Positions 48,794-60,000 of a stretch of DNA of 60,000 bases are shown here, piece after piece. The notes beneath the pieces were generated by a model. The model saw only the letters and a list, made by a program, of their open reading frames with translations. It had not been told where the DNA came from and did not search any database. The stretch lies in contig CM075987.1 of NCBI GenBank assembly GCA_038087875.1, forward strand, positions 22,570,001 through 22,630,000, in the 5' to 3' direction. The stretch's first letter is position 1; each line of letters begins with the position of its first letter. Position numbers and translations under genes: made by a program. The DNA comes from Malacoraja senta (Eukaryota).

Positions 48794-50879
48794 GCAGCTC
48801 CCAATTTCTGACTGAACAGAGAAGCTATTTGTATACTCCAGGTTTCTGGTAGTAGTTTATCTGTGAGCTGCTTCTGTTAAGTGAGGAGTGACTGTTTGTA
48901 AATAGAGGGGAAATGGGCTTTGTAATGTGATCTGATTGATTTTATATTAAGGGAGCTGAAAAATCTGTTTTAAAATAACAGCTGTGATTACTTTGTTCTG
49001 TGATGCTGCTATAGTTTGTCTCCTCCTGGACTGTGGTCATTCTATCACTGCACAACGGATGTCACGTCCTGCAATATCAGTCTTTGACCTTCTGATGCAA
49101 GGCACATTTGGCTTCATCTTTATTCCCTTCCCGGGTTTCTGCTCCAAGTGGGGGAAAAGTACATAGAAAGCTGGAAAACCACTTGCCCATGCCTCCCACT
49201 GCATGCTCTGCCCTTTCTCCCACGTCATCCTCACTCCACCTCTGGCCACTTGCTACATACTAGTGTTTCTCTCCCCGTATCAGCCTCCTCCCACCTCTGG
49301 TTGATCTATTCCTTTCGGTACCAGAGGCACGACAATGGGATCTGGGGCTTGCCTATGTTGCTGGTTGGAGAACTTGATCCTTGTTCCTCACATGGGCACG
49401 GTATAGGCAACTGATGGAAACAAGAATCAATGACAGATGCTGCGATAGAACCACTTTGTTTTTTGATGTGGGAAGATCAACGGTTGTTCAATCCTCCTGG
49501 AACCAACAACCGAGCTGAGCATTCTTAAAACACTTTCAAAGACAAGTCAGCAAAATTAGGTCAATGTAGTTAAACTACAAATTTAAGTGTTACAGAATTC
49601 AAGTGGATTTGTGAGAGGATTGAGATTGCCATTCAGTGGTTCTCTGATGCTATCCCATGGGAGGATTTAAGCTCATCTCCTTCAGTGGTGGAGGACAGGC
49701 TGCATTGAGTGGCCTCCATTTGTGTGTCTCCTCTACTCTGTCCCAGTTGGTGTCTTGCTGGGTGACCACTGAGCAGTCTAGCCCTAAGGATGCTTTACAC
49801 GGTTGTTCATGTTTACTAACGCACCCGCTGAGTTTCTCCAGCACTTTTGTCTACCTTCGATTTTCCAGCATCTGCAGTTCCTTCTTAAACCCAGTGAAGC
49901 TCATTCTTGTCCTGTGTAAGTCTGTAGAGTCCCAGTTCTCCTCTGCTATTAACTCAAGAAAGAATTTGGCCATACACTAATGACGTTTGAATTAAAACTC
50001 TTGGAACCACTGGTTAATAGAACCAAGAGGTGTCCAAGCAGTGTGTCCTCCAGTAAAAACCTGTGCTCAGTGACCACTCTAACAAGAAGCTGGCAGAGTG
50101 ATGCTCAGAACACACAAGTAATGATATTGTTTAATAATCCCCCTAAATTTAAAAAAAGGGCTAAAATACCAGTCGGTTGTAGTCTTGTGTTCACTAATTT
50201 CTTTGGTGCAAGCTTTCCAGTAAAATAACCAAGGTTGTCATTTAAATTCAAGGCATCTCAGCAAGATTACAAAGGAATGAATCCCGGAAGATCTGCATTA
50301 GCGGGGTTAGTATTAGGGTTTGTTCTTGCTTCAGTTGGACTTTCGTTGGCGACTGGCTGCATTTGTTATGCATGAACTCAGGATATTGAGATGATATCAC
50401 CTACATTATATTCTCTTGCATGTATAAGGTTTGTGTTTAAATGGCCACTTAGAATACATCTAAATCACCATGCACACTTGTCTGCCTGGGTAGCCCAGAG
50501 TCGTGCAAGGCTTCAACAGGGAGAAACTTGGAAATAACATTTTAAACAACTTTTCATGTTCCCACATTTAGTTCATAAAAATCTGGTGTATATCAAACAT
50601 CGTCAATGTGTTGTAAATACAAAAAGCCATAAAATATAAAACAAAAGTAATAATCATGGACTGATCTATGCACCGCTACCACTTATTACTGGGTTGCACG
50701 GGTTCTTCATCCTTCGGCATTGCACCTGAAGGCAGCTCTGCGACTGTGGCAAGGGCTTCCATCCTGTGCAAGGTCAGCGCTGTGCTCAGCACCCTTTGCA
50801 ATGGTGCTGCACTGTTGAGGCGTCTCTCTGTTGCATTGCTACAGATTGTGCAGGTTAAGGAAGGCTCCTGGTGGTTGTG

Positions 50880-51009
50880 TCAGGAGACACTGCAGATTGT
50901 GCTGTTCTTCTGGTTCAATGAACTACATTGACTCGCATTCCCGGGGAACCGTCTCTTTATTCCCTCGATGTAGATGTCTCTGTCAAACTGACCGGCACAC
51001 AATGGGATG
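50880..51009 (-). CDS. INPP5E: INPP5E last exon
   Basis: [20 protein letters not shown]...STICSVS* (ciliary targeting motif and CaaX). Confidence 0.95.
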
Positions 51010-54000
51010 CTGAAGGAGTAAAGCAGACAAGTTGAATGCACTCTGAAATATTCTGCTGCACATTCCCTAATATTCAATTTAGCTTAATACAGAACCAGTG
51101 GAAGTTCTTTATTTTTGCCCCCATTTTGGGATATTCACGATAGTCCTTAGACTCTCTGGTTATCAAGGACTCAGTAAAGAAAGATGTGTAGACGTTGAAC
51201 AGAAAAGAGAGCTGCCCTACAGGACCAGAAAAACATTTAGCATGGCAGGGGAGCAGAAATAAAAACAATGTCTCACTTGTCTTTTCCGGGTCGAATCTTT
51301 ACTTGATAGAAGCAGTAGACAGGTCTGTGGTCCGAGGTTTTGATAGAGCTGCAGGAGCCATACTTAACCACAAGAATGTCATCTTTATGCCGATTCTTGT
51401 AAATGATTCTGTCCTGGAAGATGAGGGGAATAAGTTGCCTTTTGTATTGATATGAAATCAAGACTCCAACGGAAGGTAGACTGGAGATCCTTCCCTCACC
51501 CCCACCCACTGCTTGTTGTGTGTGCATCTTACAACCATATTCTCTACATTACAACTCTGACCGAGATTCAAAGGGACACTTTTTGCTGTGAAACACAGTC
51601 CTTTCAGTTCTAGAGTTCAGTCTTTAGAAGACTTATCTAAACATCTGCAATTCCCTCACAAACTCAAATGTTCATAAGTTCTACGGGCAGAATTAGGCCA
51701 TTCGGCCTATGAACGCCATTCAATCATGGCTGATCTATCTGTCCCTCTCAATCCCATTCTCCTGCCTTCTCCCCTCGACACCTTTTGAATTTTCTTGTTT
51801 TCAAACATAGGTAGAGTTCCCTTTTAAAAAAAAAAAAAGATGCTACCATCCTTTCAGACTTCTAATGGATGATCATAACAGCTGCATTAAAAATGTCTTA
51901 TCCTCCCTCTGGTTCATTTAATACAACTCTTAAACATGCCTCTTCTGGTTATTAACTATCCTCCCCAGTGGGAAGTATTCCTCATTTTATCCAAGCTTAA
52001 ACTGCTGACTTATGAGAACCTCAGATGGAATTCCTTTTAGTTTTCTGCTTCAAGAACAATTTTAGCTTTGTGCAGGGACTCAGCTAATCGGAAGATTAAA
52101 CAAGCGGGAAGACAGGTTAAAGAAGGGACAGCCACAGCCAGAGATTCTCACAGAAATAAAACAAACTCCTTCCATTGATTCCTTACCGTATAAGAGGGAG
52201 TCCTTTTCTTGGAACTACTGTCGTATACATCACATCCAACGTCAAATTTGTAGGTGGGTGGAAAACATATTTCAGCTTCTTTGAAGCCTTTGAAAACAGA
52301 CCCTGAGGAATTAGGAAAGATCAGGTCAGTGAGCTTTAATGATGTTATCACCTTGATACATAGGATGTGGACTGAAAAGTGCTGCTGTCAGATCATCTGC
52401 AAGCACATTGCCTCACTGCGTCCACCACAGACGGGCGAGGTTCCAATTGCTAATTGCTCTGAACTTTATACTATAGTGAATTAGTGCCCATGGAACATAT
52501 CCCACTGAGAGTTTGTGCACAGGAAACAAGTACTCTTGGAGAGTCACCTGCACCCCATCAGGTCTAGATGCCTTAGAATCCACAGCCTAGACCAGCCCTC
52601 ACCCTGCTGCCCACCCCAAGTTGATGGAAGGTTCACAATTCATCCTACCCTCCTGTAGTTTCCTGGTTAACTCGTCATAATGTAAAATAGAGCAGAGGTT
52701 TTCCTGGCTGTTGCTGTCCAGGAGCTCGTCGATCACCGCTCGCTTTACATCCAGCCGAAAGTTGAAGTCACCAAACCAGAAAACATTGTCAAACCGAGAG
52801 GTCACATCATCTACAGGAATGGGAAAATAAAAAAGAGAAAACGCTTTACTCCTAGTTATATCAAATTATGAAACTGTGTCGCAGGCCATGTCAGCCTGGT
52901 TTAGTGGCAGCACACCAGATGAATGCCAGAAGTTCACTTCTGTACACTGCAACGCTCACATAACGCTTGTTATTATATCTATCAAGCTGGGGGCTCTGAT
53001 CATGGCTTCAAGGACATGGAGGGCTTTAGATGTGAGGGGTGGACTGAGAAGGTAGGCCTTTTAGTTACAAAGTAACTTTCACATTGAAGCTTTTTATCTT
53101 CACTGGATCATGAGCTCATTGTATAAGGTCATAAGTGATAGGAGCAGAATTAGGCCCTTTGGCCCTTCAAGTCTACTCCACCATTCAATCATGGCTGATC
53201 TATCTCTCCCTCCTAACCCCATTCTCCTGCCTTCTACCCATAATCTTTTGACACCCGTACTAATCAAGAATCTATCTCTCTGCTTTAAAAATATCCATTG
53301 ATTTGGCCTCCACAGCCTTCTGTGGCAATGAATTCCACAGATTCATCATGCTCTGATGAAAGACATTCCTCATCTCCTTCCTAAAGGAACGTTCTTGCAG
53401 GAGTCAGGCCCTGTGGCCCAACTACCATTAAGCACTAGAAAAATGGAATGTGCTGGCAGAACTCAGCAGGTCAGGCAGCATCTGTGGAGGAAATGGACAG
53501 GTGCCATTTCAGGGACCTCCGATCAATTTGCTGAAACACATATCCATTCCCTCCACAGATGCTGCCTGACCCGAGTTCCTCCAGCAGTTTGTGTTTTGCT
53601 GAAGATTCCACACCTGCAGTTCTTTTAATATCAATTTATAACTAAGTTTACTCTAATCCCATTTTATTCACCCCACACTTCTATCGACTCTCCTCCAGAC
53701 TTGGCACTCACCTAAATGTTAGAGGCGATTTATAGTGATCAATTGACTTACCAATCTGCACATTTTTGAGATGTGGATGGGAACTGGAACACCCAGAGGA
53801 AACAACTTTCAAACTCCACATAGACAGCACTGTAGGTCAGGATTGAACCCAGGTCACCAAGTTTTGAAACAGGAGCACTACTAACTCCGCTGTTATGCCA
53901 GCCCATTTTTCTATATAACATCTCCCAACCAGAAAACACCAGAACTGAGAGAGTATATACGTCAAGGAGGGCTCGACCCGAAACGCCCCCCATTCTTTCT

Positions 54001-57000
54001 CTCCAGAGATGCTGCCTGTCTTGCTGAGTTACTCCAGCATTTTGTGTCTACCTTTGATTTAAACCAGCATCTGCAGTTCTTTCCTACACAAGAAAAATTA
54101 AATATTCTGCAGTGATCCAATCAACATTTTCCCCCCCAATGATGATGGATCAATACGTCAGTCATGATAAACAAGTTTTTGTAATCTATGGTGGTCATAA
54201 ATACAAGATGGGCATTAATATAACAAGCAAGGATCTCAGGAGATACTCCTATCTGATAATGAATGTGGGACTTCTTACCAATTGAAATAGTTGAAACAAA
54301 AAAAATAATCTATTAAGGGGTACCTGGAAAGTATAGTTTGAGTTTAGTTTATTGTCACAGGTACAGTGAAAAGCTTTTCTTGCGTGCTCACCAGTCAGCG
54401 GAAAGACAATGCATGATTACAATAGAGCCATTCATACCGTGAATAACTTTTAGTGTAAGATAACGGCAGTAAAGTCTGATCAAAGACAGTACGAAGGTTT
54501 CCAATGAGGTAGACAGTAGTTCAGGACTGCTCTCTAGTTGTGGTAGGATGATTCAGTTGCCTGATAACAACTGGGAAGAAACTGTCTCTGAATCTGGAAT
54601 AAGTGGATTATGTTGCTGAAAGGGTGAGGAGAAGAGTGGGAGAAGGCCATAAATATTTTTGTTGGTTTGAGTGGTCAGTTTTGACACTAAGACCCTGCTG
54701 GCGTTATTGCTGCACTCTGCAAATCACACATTCTTTAAAATACCAGTACTCACTTGGGTTAGATCTGTACTTATTGGTGTTGGGAATGATCCTTGGCAGC
54801 CCAAGGGATTCTATTGTTTTAGTGTAGTCCAGCATCCGCTCAAAAACCTTCCCTGGCCCAGCTGAGGGAATAGAGAGATAAATTAAAATGAATGTATGAT
54901 ACATTTTACTGATACTTCCCCAGAACATCACCAAATCATGCTTCACTTGCACTGTGTCACTGTCCCATTGATTCAGAATACAGCAGCACTTTTAAAACGT
55001 CAAATAGGTTTAAAACAGTGAAAATTGAATAACCATTGGCCTTACCCAAGAAGATTTTGAGATTTTTAGGCATGTGGGATCAAAATCTAGGCAAATGCTT
55101 CCCAGCAATGCTAGACAAATGCCCAAATAGTGGGCGCTCTGGATAGTCTGGATGCTTTATTAAACAGACCAATGCCTTCAAGCTGGGAAAATCAGTCCAA
55201 ATTAATTGAATTCAAATGGGCACAGCACTAAGCATACCTAAAACTGAGGTGCCAACCCAGTGATACAACATGCTGTAAAAACAGCAGTCATAGACAGCAG
55301 ATGATCTCAAAACCAACATAACAGATTGTAACCCTAGCACAGAGTTGTGAAAGGTGATGGTCAATTAAATAGCTAAACAGACAGTTCCAAGATGATCTTC
55401 ATCCTCGACACGCGAATGCTAAAGACCAGGCTGAAGTATTAGCAAACGTGTTCAGTAGGAAGTGCCAAGTGGCTGAATCTGCTCATCATATGACGAGAGA
55501 CTATGGACAGGAAAGGTTGAGGGATATGGGCCAAACATGAGCAAATAGGACTAGCTTAGATGAGACATCTAGGTCAACATGGACGAGGTAGTCCAAAGGG
55601 CCAGTTCCCATGCTGTCTGACTGATCCGTGATCTAGAGTGAATCTTCCTATGTCAGCAACTGATTCTGCAAAACTTACAGGTGAAATGAGAAGTAATGAA
55701 GAGGAAGGATGTCCCAAAAAAAGTGAATGAGATCCCCACAGCTCCTTTCGTCTTGACCTGGGAGATGATGCGAGTTGTCACAGATGCTTGTTCCACCTCT
55801 GAGGGAAGAACAAATAGACACATAATGTAAACCTTCAAAACTGATGATCCAGATATTCCAGCCTGCACAGAATATCGGGTTGTCCCAACCTGCACAGAAT
55901 ATCGGGTTGTCCCAACCTGCACAAGCAAAACAGCTTGACACCCGAGATTCTACACTGTATCTAACCCAAACTTTACCTCTCTTAGGAATGATCGATCGAT
56001 TAAGAGGAGTGAGCTCTACTCTACATAACTGGTGCTATAGCTGATCTGAGTGTCTGAAGTAAGAGTACTCAAGCTTCTGGGCCTGGAGGTCTGTTTCAAG
56101 GTCAGAATAGAAAATGAGCGATAGCATTTCATGACATTTCTGAATGTTTGACACGTTGATGTATAAAGGCACACATGCAGTGATGTTAAACTGTACAATG
56201 CTTGTCTGGCATCATGTGCAACATTCCACTGCACAGACAAGGCCTATCCCATCACTGAAGCAAGTCTCAGCTTGCGAGTTAAAGTCTGCTTCAGCTTAAA
56301 GGAGTTGACTCTATGTGGGCCATTTTCATTTTCCCCTGCCCCCAACCCTAGTTGCTGAAGTCCTCTGATGTCCCATCATCTGCCCAACCTGTGCTCCCTT
56401 ACCCGACCAAACAATGATCTGTCTGATCATTCCACCAATCCTCCCACCCCAGGCCAAATTCTCTCCCTCCCCGAACACCCATCTCCCACCCTGCACAATC
56501 CTTTTCAAGGGAGAGTTAGATTTAGCTCTTAGGGCTGAGGGAATCAAGGGATATGGGGAAAAAGCAGGAACGGGGTACTGATTTTAGATGATCAGCCATG
56601 ATCATATTGAATGGTGGTGCTGGCTCGAAGGGCTGAATGGCCTCCTCCTGCAGCTATGTTTCTATGTTCCCCTGACCTACATCATGCAATCCTCTCCCCA
56701 ACTCTTCGCTGCATCTGCATGGGGTAAACAGAGTGAAATAGATTTAATTCTTCAGGTCAAAGGCCTTTCACCTGATTTTGTTTCTGCACAATCTGCTGAG
56801 TATTGGCAGCTTTTTCAAATTTAATTCAGACCGGCATGGTGACACAGCGGTAGAGTTGCTGCCATACAGCGCCGGAGTCCTGGGTTCGATCCCGACCACG
56901 GGTGTTGTCTGCATGGAGTTTGTATTTACTCCCCATGATCTGTGTGGGTTTACTCCGAGATCTTTGGTTTCCTCCCACACTCCAAAGACGTACAGGTTTG

Positions 57001-58842
57001 TAGGTTGATTGGCTTAGTATAAATGTAAATCGTCCCTAGTGTGCGGGGATCGCTGGTCGGTGCGGACTCGGCGGGCCGAAGGGCCTGTTTCCTAAACTTA
57101 TCTCGAAACTAATTCTAATTTTAAGCACCCATTGTACTCTGCTTTAAAATGTTGTTGAAGAAGGAACGGGCTTTCAGTTCTCAGCACTCACCTGAACAGA
57201 ACCAGATGAGGTCTCTCCTGATGAACACGGAGAGTTGCAGCACTCCATGTGATGCCGAGCACAGCAATACAAAGTAAGGCCCCAAGATCATCTGCAGGCG
57301 GATCTCCCACTCTCTCCTTTGCAAAGGGGGGGGGGGTGGGGGAAGGGGAGGGAATTAAATTAGGTCATTCAAGGCATGATCCTGGAAGATGTCTGCTAAG
57401 ACATAAAAAAATACAGAAACTTGGCTGTTAACACCACCCCTGGGTCTATCGGACGATCCACTCCAGAGACCCATTCTCTCTTGGAATAGAATCCTGAGTT
57501 TGAACACCCTTTTCCATCCCACGATCAGAAGCTGCCAAAATAGGTGGTCTCAGGCCGTGGAGGGAGAGCAATTAACTGCAGTACCTTCAGGGTTGAAGGT
57601 GGTCTAGACTAGACAAAGAGAGCACCTGATTTGATGCTGCACCAGTTTGGGATGAGAAGTATATTATGGGACAAGCTTTTTTTTGGAGGCAAGGGGAGGG
57701 TACAAGAGGAACTGATTGAGAACCTGCAAGACACTGGATAATGCCGTGATATTCTTGTTGCTATTACTTGTCTGGGATTCCTTCCTGAGTACCGATGACA
57801 TACAGGTCATGTATGGATTGAGAGTCGGAGGGCAGCAGCAGATCCTCCAGTGAATCCGGAAACTCCTGGGAAAGAGTGGAAACAGCATCGGTTAGAACAG
57901 GCTTGCTTCCAACGTGATCGGTGGGAAGAAGAGAAAGCTTTCGTTAGCACAGTACAATGTTTTTTTTCCTTCCGACATCCCAAAGTACTGTGCAGGGAAT
58001 TAAATATTATTTTACTTAGATTCACCCAGCGTGGAAACAGGCCCCTCTGCCCACATTGCCCATGCCGACTGAAACGGCCAATCCAAACTGGTCCCATTTG
58101 CAGCCAGCTGCCTTATATTCCTCTAAATCTTTAAGAAGGAACTGCAGATGCTGGAAAATCGAAGGTAGACAAAAGTGCTGGAGAAACTCAGCGGGTGCAG
58201 CAGCATCTATGGAGCGAAGGAAATAGGCAACTTTTCGGGCCGAAACCCAAAGGTTTCGGCCCGAAGCGTTGCCTATTTTCTTAAGGGTTATTTCCTTCAG
58301 GGTTTCGGCCCGAAATGTTACCTGTTTCCTTCGCTCCATAGATGCTGCTGCACCCGCTGAGTTTCTCCAGCACTTTTGTCTACCTCCCTCTAAATCTTTC
58401 CCATCTAAACCTTTCCTAGTGCTTATTTTATTATTTAATGTGTGCGTGTGCTCTCCATCAGCTGGTAGAGGTGGCACTGAAATGCATTCAGGACCACTGG
58501 TTTACTTATTCCTGATTGTAACGGGCAGCTGTGACCACGTGTCTCGGCTCTTAACACATGGCTTGTCCACATAAAGCAGAGAGATCACGCTGGGCGTACC
58601 AAACCTAAACATAAAAGAGGCCAGCTGGCTTGGTCTTAATGCTATTCTATATTCAAACTGAAAATTCCTCTTCATGGAGGTTTTGTCTTTGCTCGGTTTC
58701 CTATGGCTAGTTGCTCACCTTCTTGCCTTGCGTGTTCCAGGTGGCAATATACACTTGTATCATTTTGTTAGGAAAATAACGGTGCAATTCACCGGCTCCC
58801 AAAAGTGATCCGCCGGCCAGGAGATTACTGTCCATGTAACTC
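50880..58842 (-). CDS. INPP5E: Inositol polyphosphate-5-phosphatase E, partial; first coding exon off the right edge
   Basis: Exons 58719-58842, 57768-57865, 57192-57316, 55679-55798, 54754-54861, 52649-52810, 52187-52302, 51277-51413, 50880-51009. Motifs [38 protein letters not shown] and C-terminal CaaX CSVS. Confidence 0.96.
51277..51413 (-). CDS. INPP5E: INPP5E exon
   Basis: [12 protein letters not shown]...[22 protein letters not shown]. Confidence 0.95.
52187..52302 (-). CDS. INPP5E: INPP5E exon
   Basis: [38 protein letters not shown]. Confidence 0.95.
52649..52810 (-). CDS. INPP5E: INPP5E exon
   Basis: [19 protein letters not shown]...[12 protein letters not shown]. Confidence 0.95.
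53128..53395 (-). mobile_element. CR1-like LINE 3' fragment
   Basis: TCATAAGTGATAGGAGCAGAATTAGGCC..CCATTCAATCATGGCTGATC tail in reverse orientation. Confidence 0.7.
53640..53902 (-). mobile_element. HE1-like SINE (diverged)
   Basis: Reverse SINE core and head (GGAACACCCAGAGGAAAC, AAACTCCACATAGACAGCAC, GGATTGAACCCAGG). Confidence 0.65.
54754..54861 (-). CDS. INPP5E: INPP5E exon
   Basis: [35 protein letters not shown]. Confidence 0.93.
55679..55798 (-). CDS. INPP5E: INPP5E exon
   Basis: [39 protein letters not shown]. Confidence 0.96.
55858..55924. repeat. 27-bp tandem repeat (~2.5 copies)
   Basis: CCTGCACAGAATATCGGGTTGTCCCAA repeated. Confidence 0.9.
56500..56668 (+). mobile_element. CR1-like LINE 3' tail
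   Basis: GAGTTAGATTTAGCTCTT..GATGATCAGCCATGATCATATTGAATGG..CTATGTTTCTATG. Confidence 0.8.
56833..57097 (+). mobile_element. HE1-like tRNA-derived SINE
   Basis: Head with GGTTCGATCC B-box, core and GGGCCGAAGGGCCTGTTTCC tail. Confidence 0.85.
57192..57316 (-). CDS. INPP5E: INPP5E exon
   Basis: [41 protein letters not shown]. Confidence 0.95.
57768..57865 (-). CDS. INPP5E: INPP5E exon
   Basis: [32 protein letters not shown]. Confidence 0.94.
58133..58386. repeat. Penelope-derived fold-back insertion with 13-bp TSD, inside a LINE tail
   Basis: CCTCTAAATCTTT at 58120-58132 and 58387-58399; long inverted arms; three GGTTTCGGCCCGAA modules. Confidence 0.85.
58719..58842 (-). CDS. INPP5E: INPP5E exon 2
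   Basis: [41 protein letters not shown]; cag|...|gtgagc. Confidence 0.94.
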
Positions 58843-59065
58843 CTGTCGAGACACAGAGGCAGATGTTACAGTGCAGGCATGGTATAACAGTCACTAGAAC
58901 TCGCTATGTCGTTTGCCCTTTTAGCAACAATCTCCTAGCTAGCAGTCTTTCCTGCACACCATTTGCCCTGCCATATCATTGTCTTCATCTATCTTACATT
59001 TTGATCCCAGAGCAGTGGTCTGTCAGTTCCATCGTGTCTTCTGCGACAGTATAAAGCCCAAACTT

Positions 59066-59900
59066 AGAAAAAGGCACGGAGGCGACGGAAGAAGAGCTCT
59101 ACGTCGTGGCAGACCCGGAACTTGTTGAGGTGGGGGCAGAGGGGAATGAAGGAGGACAGACCACTCCGTATCAGAAAGGGGGCGTCAGGGGAGGATGGTG
59201 AAGACATGACAAGGGTGGGGGTTGGGATCAGAGGAGGGCCGGGGAGTGGACAAAGGCAGGGGCGAGATCTGATGGGGGGGGATGGTGGGTGTTCAGAGAG
59301 GAGCGGGGCGTGAGGACTATTGTATGGGTGGGGTATAGTCGTGGTAACCTGGTTTAAAAAAAAGGGGAAGAGGAAGACCCATCACTACTGAGGTTCCTAG
59401 TAGGAGGGGGAGGGGGGGGGAGCAATAGGGCCCAGCAGAGTCAGACCACGTGGTGCTGGAGTCTGCATCGTGGAGGCTGTGTTGGGTGCTGAGCCTGGAA
59501 CTCTGGCGAGGCCCGCTGGTGGGTGGCCCCGGGGAGGCGGTGAGAGTCGGCAGCCACGGCAGTTTTGGTGGTCCGGGCCTGGGTTCGGCCAGGAAGGCAG
59601 TGAAGGTCAGAGAGGCGGTGGAGGTTGGTGCTGCTCCTTGTGGTGGCAATCTCGGCCTCGTGGTTGTCGGGCAGTCCAGCGGTGGAGCCCTGGGCCTGCG
59701 GGTGGTCGAGTCAAGGAGTGTCGGTGGAGGGAGTGGTCTGGAGGCGGGTAGAGTCGAGGTTAGCGAGGAAGCGTTTGTTTTGGGCGTGGATCAGCCATTG
59801 AATGAAGTACAGTTGGGGTCCATTGCAGGTGTGGGTGAGTGAGGCTCGGAGCAGCGGGAGTCAGAGCGAGGGCCTGCTGGTGCCGGCACATTGCAGCATC
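59066..59900 (-). mobile_element. Degenerate Penelope-like retroelement ORF fragment (pre-RT region)
   Basis: The - strand gives NGPQLYFIQWLIHAQNKRF.. and VFTILPD..LSDTEWSVL..FIPLCPHLNKFRVCHDVELFFRRLRAFF, resembling, from memory, the region upstream of RT in fish Penelope ORFs. Stops and frameshifts present. Confidence 0.65.
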
Positions 59901-60000
59901 AGCAAAGCCACTTCAGTACCTGGATCAAAAAAACCTTGGTTTGTGCAGACATGATTCTACTTCCTCATAACTGTATATTATTTTGATCAGGTCAAACCTA

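Noticed and set aside
55858..55924. 27-bp direct repeats as a CRISPR-like array
   Set aside because: Head-to-tail with no spacers, in a eukaryotic intron.
56833..56905. tRNA-like sequence (also at 45317 and 23716)
   Set aside because: Continues into SINE core and LINE-like tail, so it is a SINE head rather than a tRNA gene.
59790..59823. MDPNCTS start resembling metallothionein
   Set aside because: Stops after 10 codons with no Cys clusters; chance match.
59317..59842. Proline-rich ORFs as INPP5E exon 1
   Set aside because: They contain stops and frameshifts, lack the expected SLLAPIR..DVR exon end and matching donor, and adjoin Penelope-like motifs.

Overview
Vertebrate genomic DNA. The repeat content (HE1-like SINEs, HER1/CR1 LINEs, Penelope-derived repeats) points to a cartilaginous fish, probably a skate or ray; this is an inference. 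The window holds four intron-containing genes in the order known from human 9q34.3. SNAPC4 (- strand) has 15 coding exons and its 3' part runs off the left edge. ENTR1/SDCCAG3 (-) has 8 exons, ~363 aa. PMPCA (+) has 14 exons, 516 aa, lies head-to-head with ENTR1 and has one more intron than I recall for human. INPP5E (-) has 9 exons, with its first coding exon beyond the right edge. Introns and intergenic DNA carry a decayed IR/DR Tc1 element, nested CR1 LINEs, tRNA-derived SINEs, hAT- and Harbinger-like MITEs and a Penelope ORF remnant. The most unusual signal is a dense family of short Penelope-related insertions with 8-16 bp target-site duplications, frequent fold-back structure and a minimal hammerhead-ribozyme-like core (CTGAAGA...GAAACGT[C/T]). 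No CRISPR, rRNA or true tRNA genes were seen. All exon calls were read by eye from splice signals and recalled protein similarity; no searches were run.
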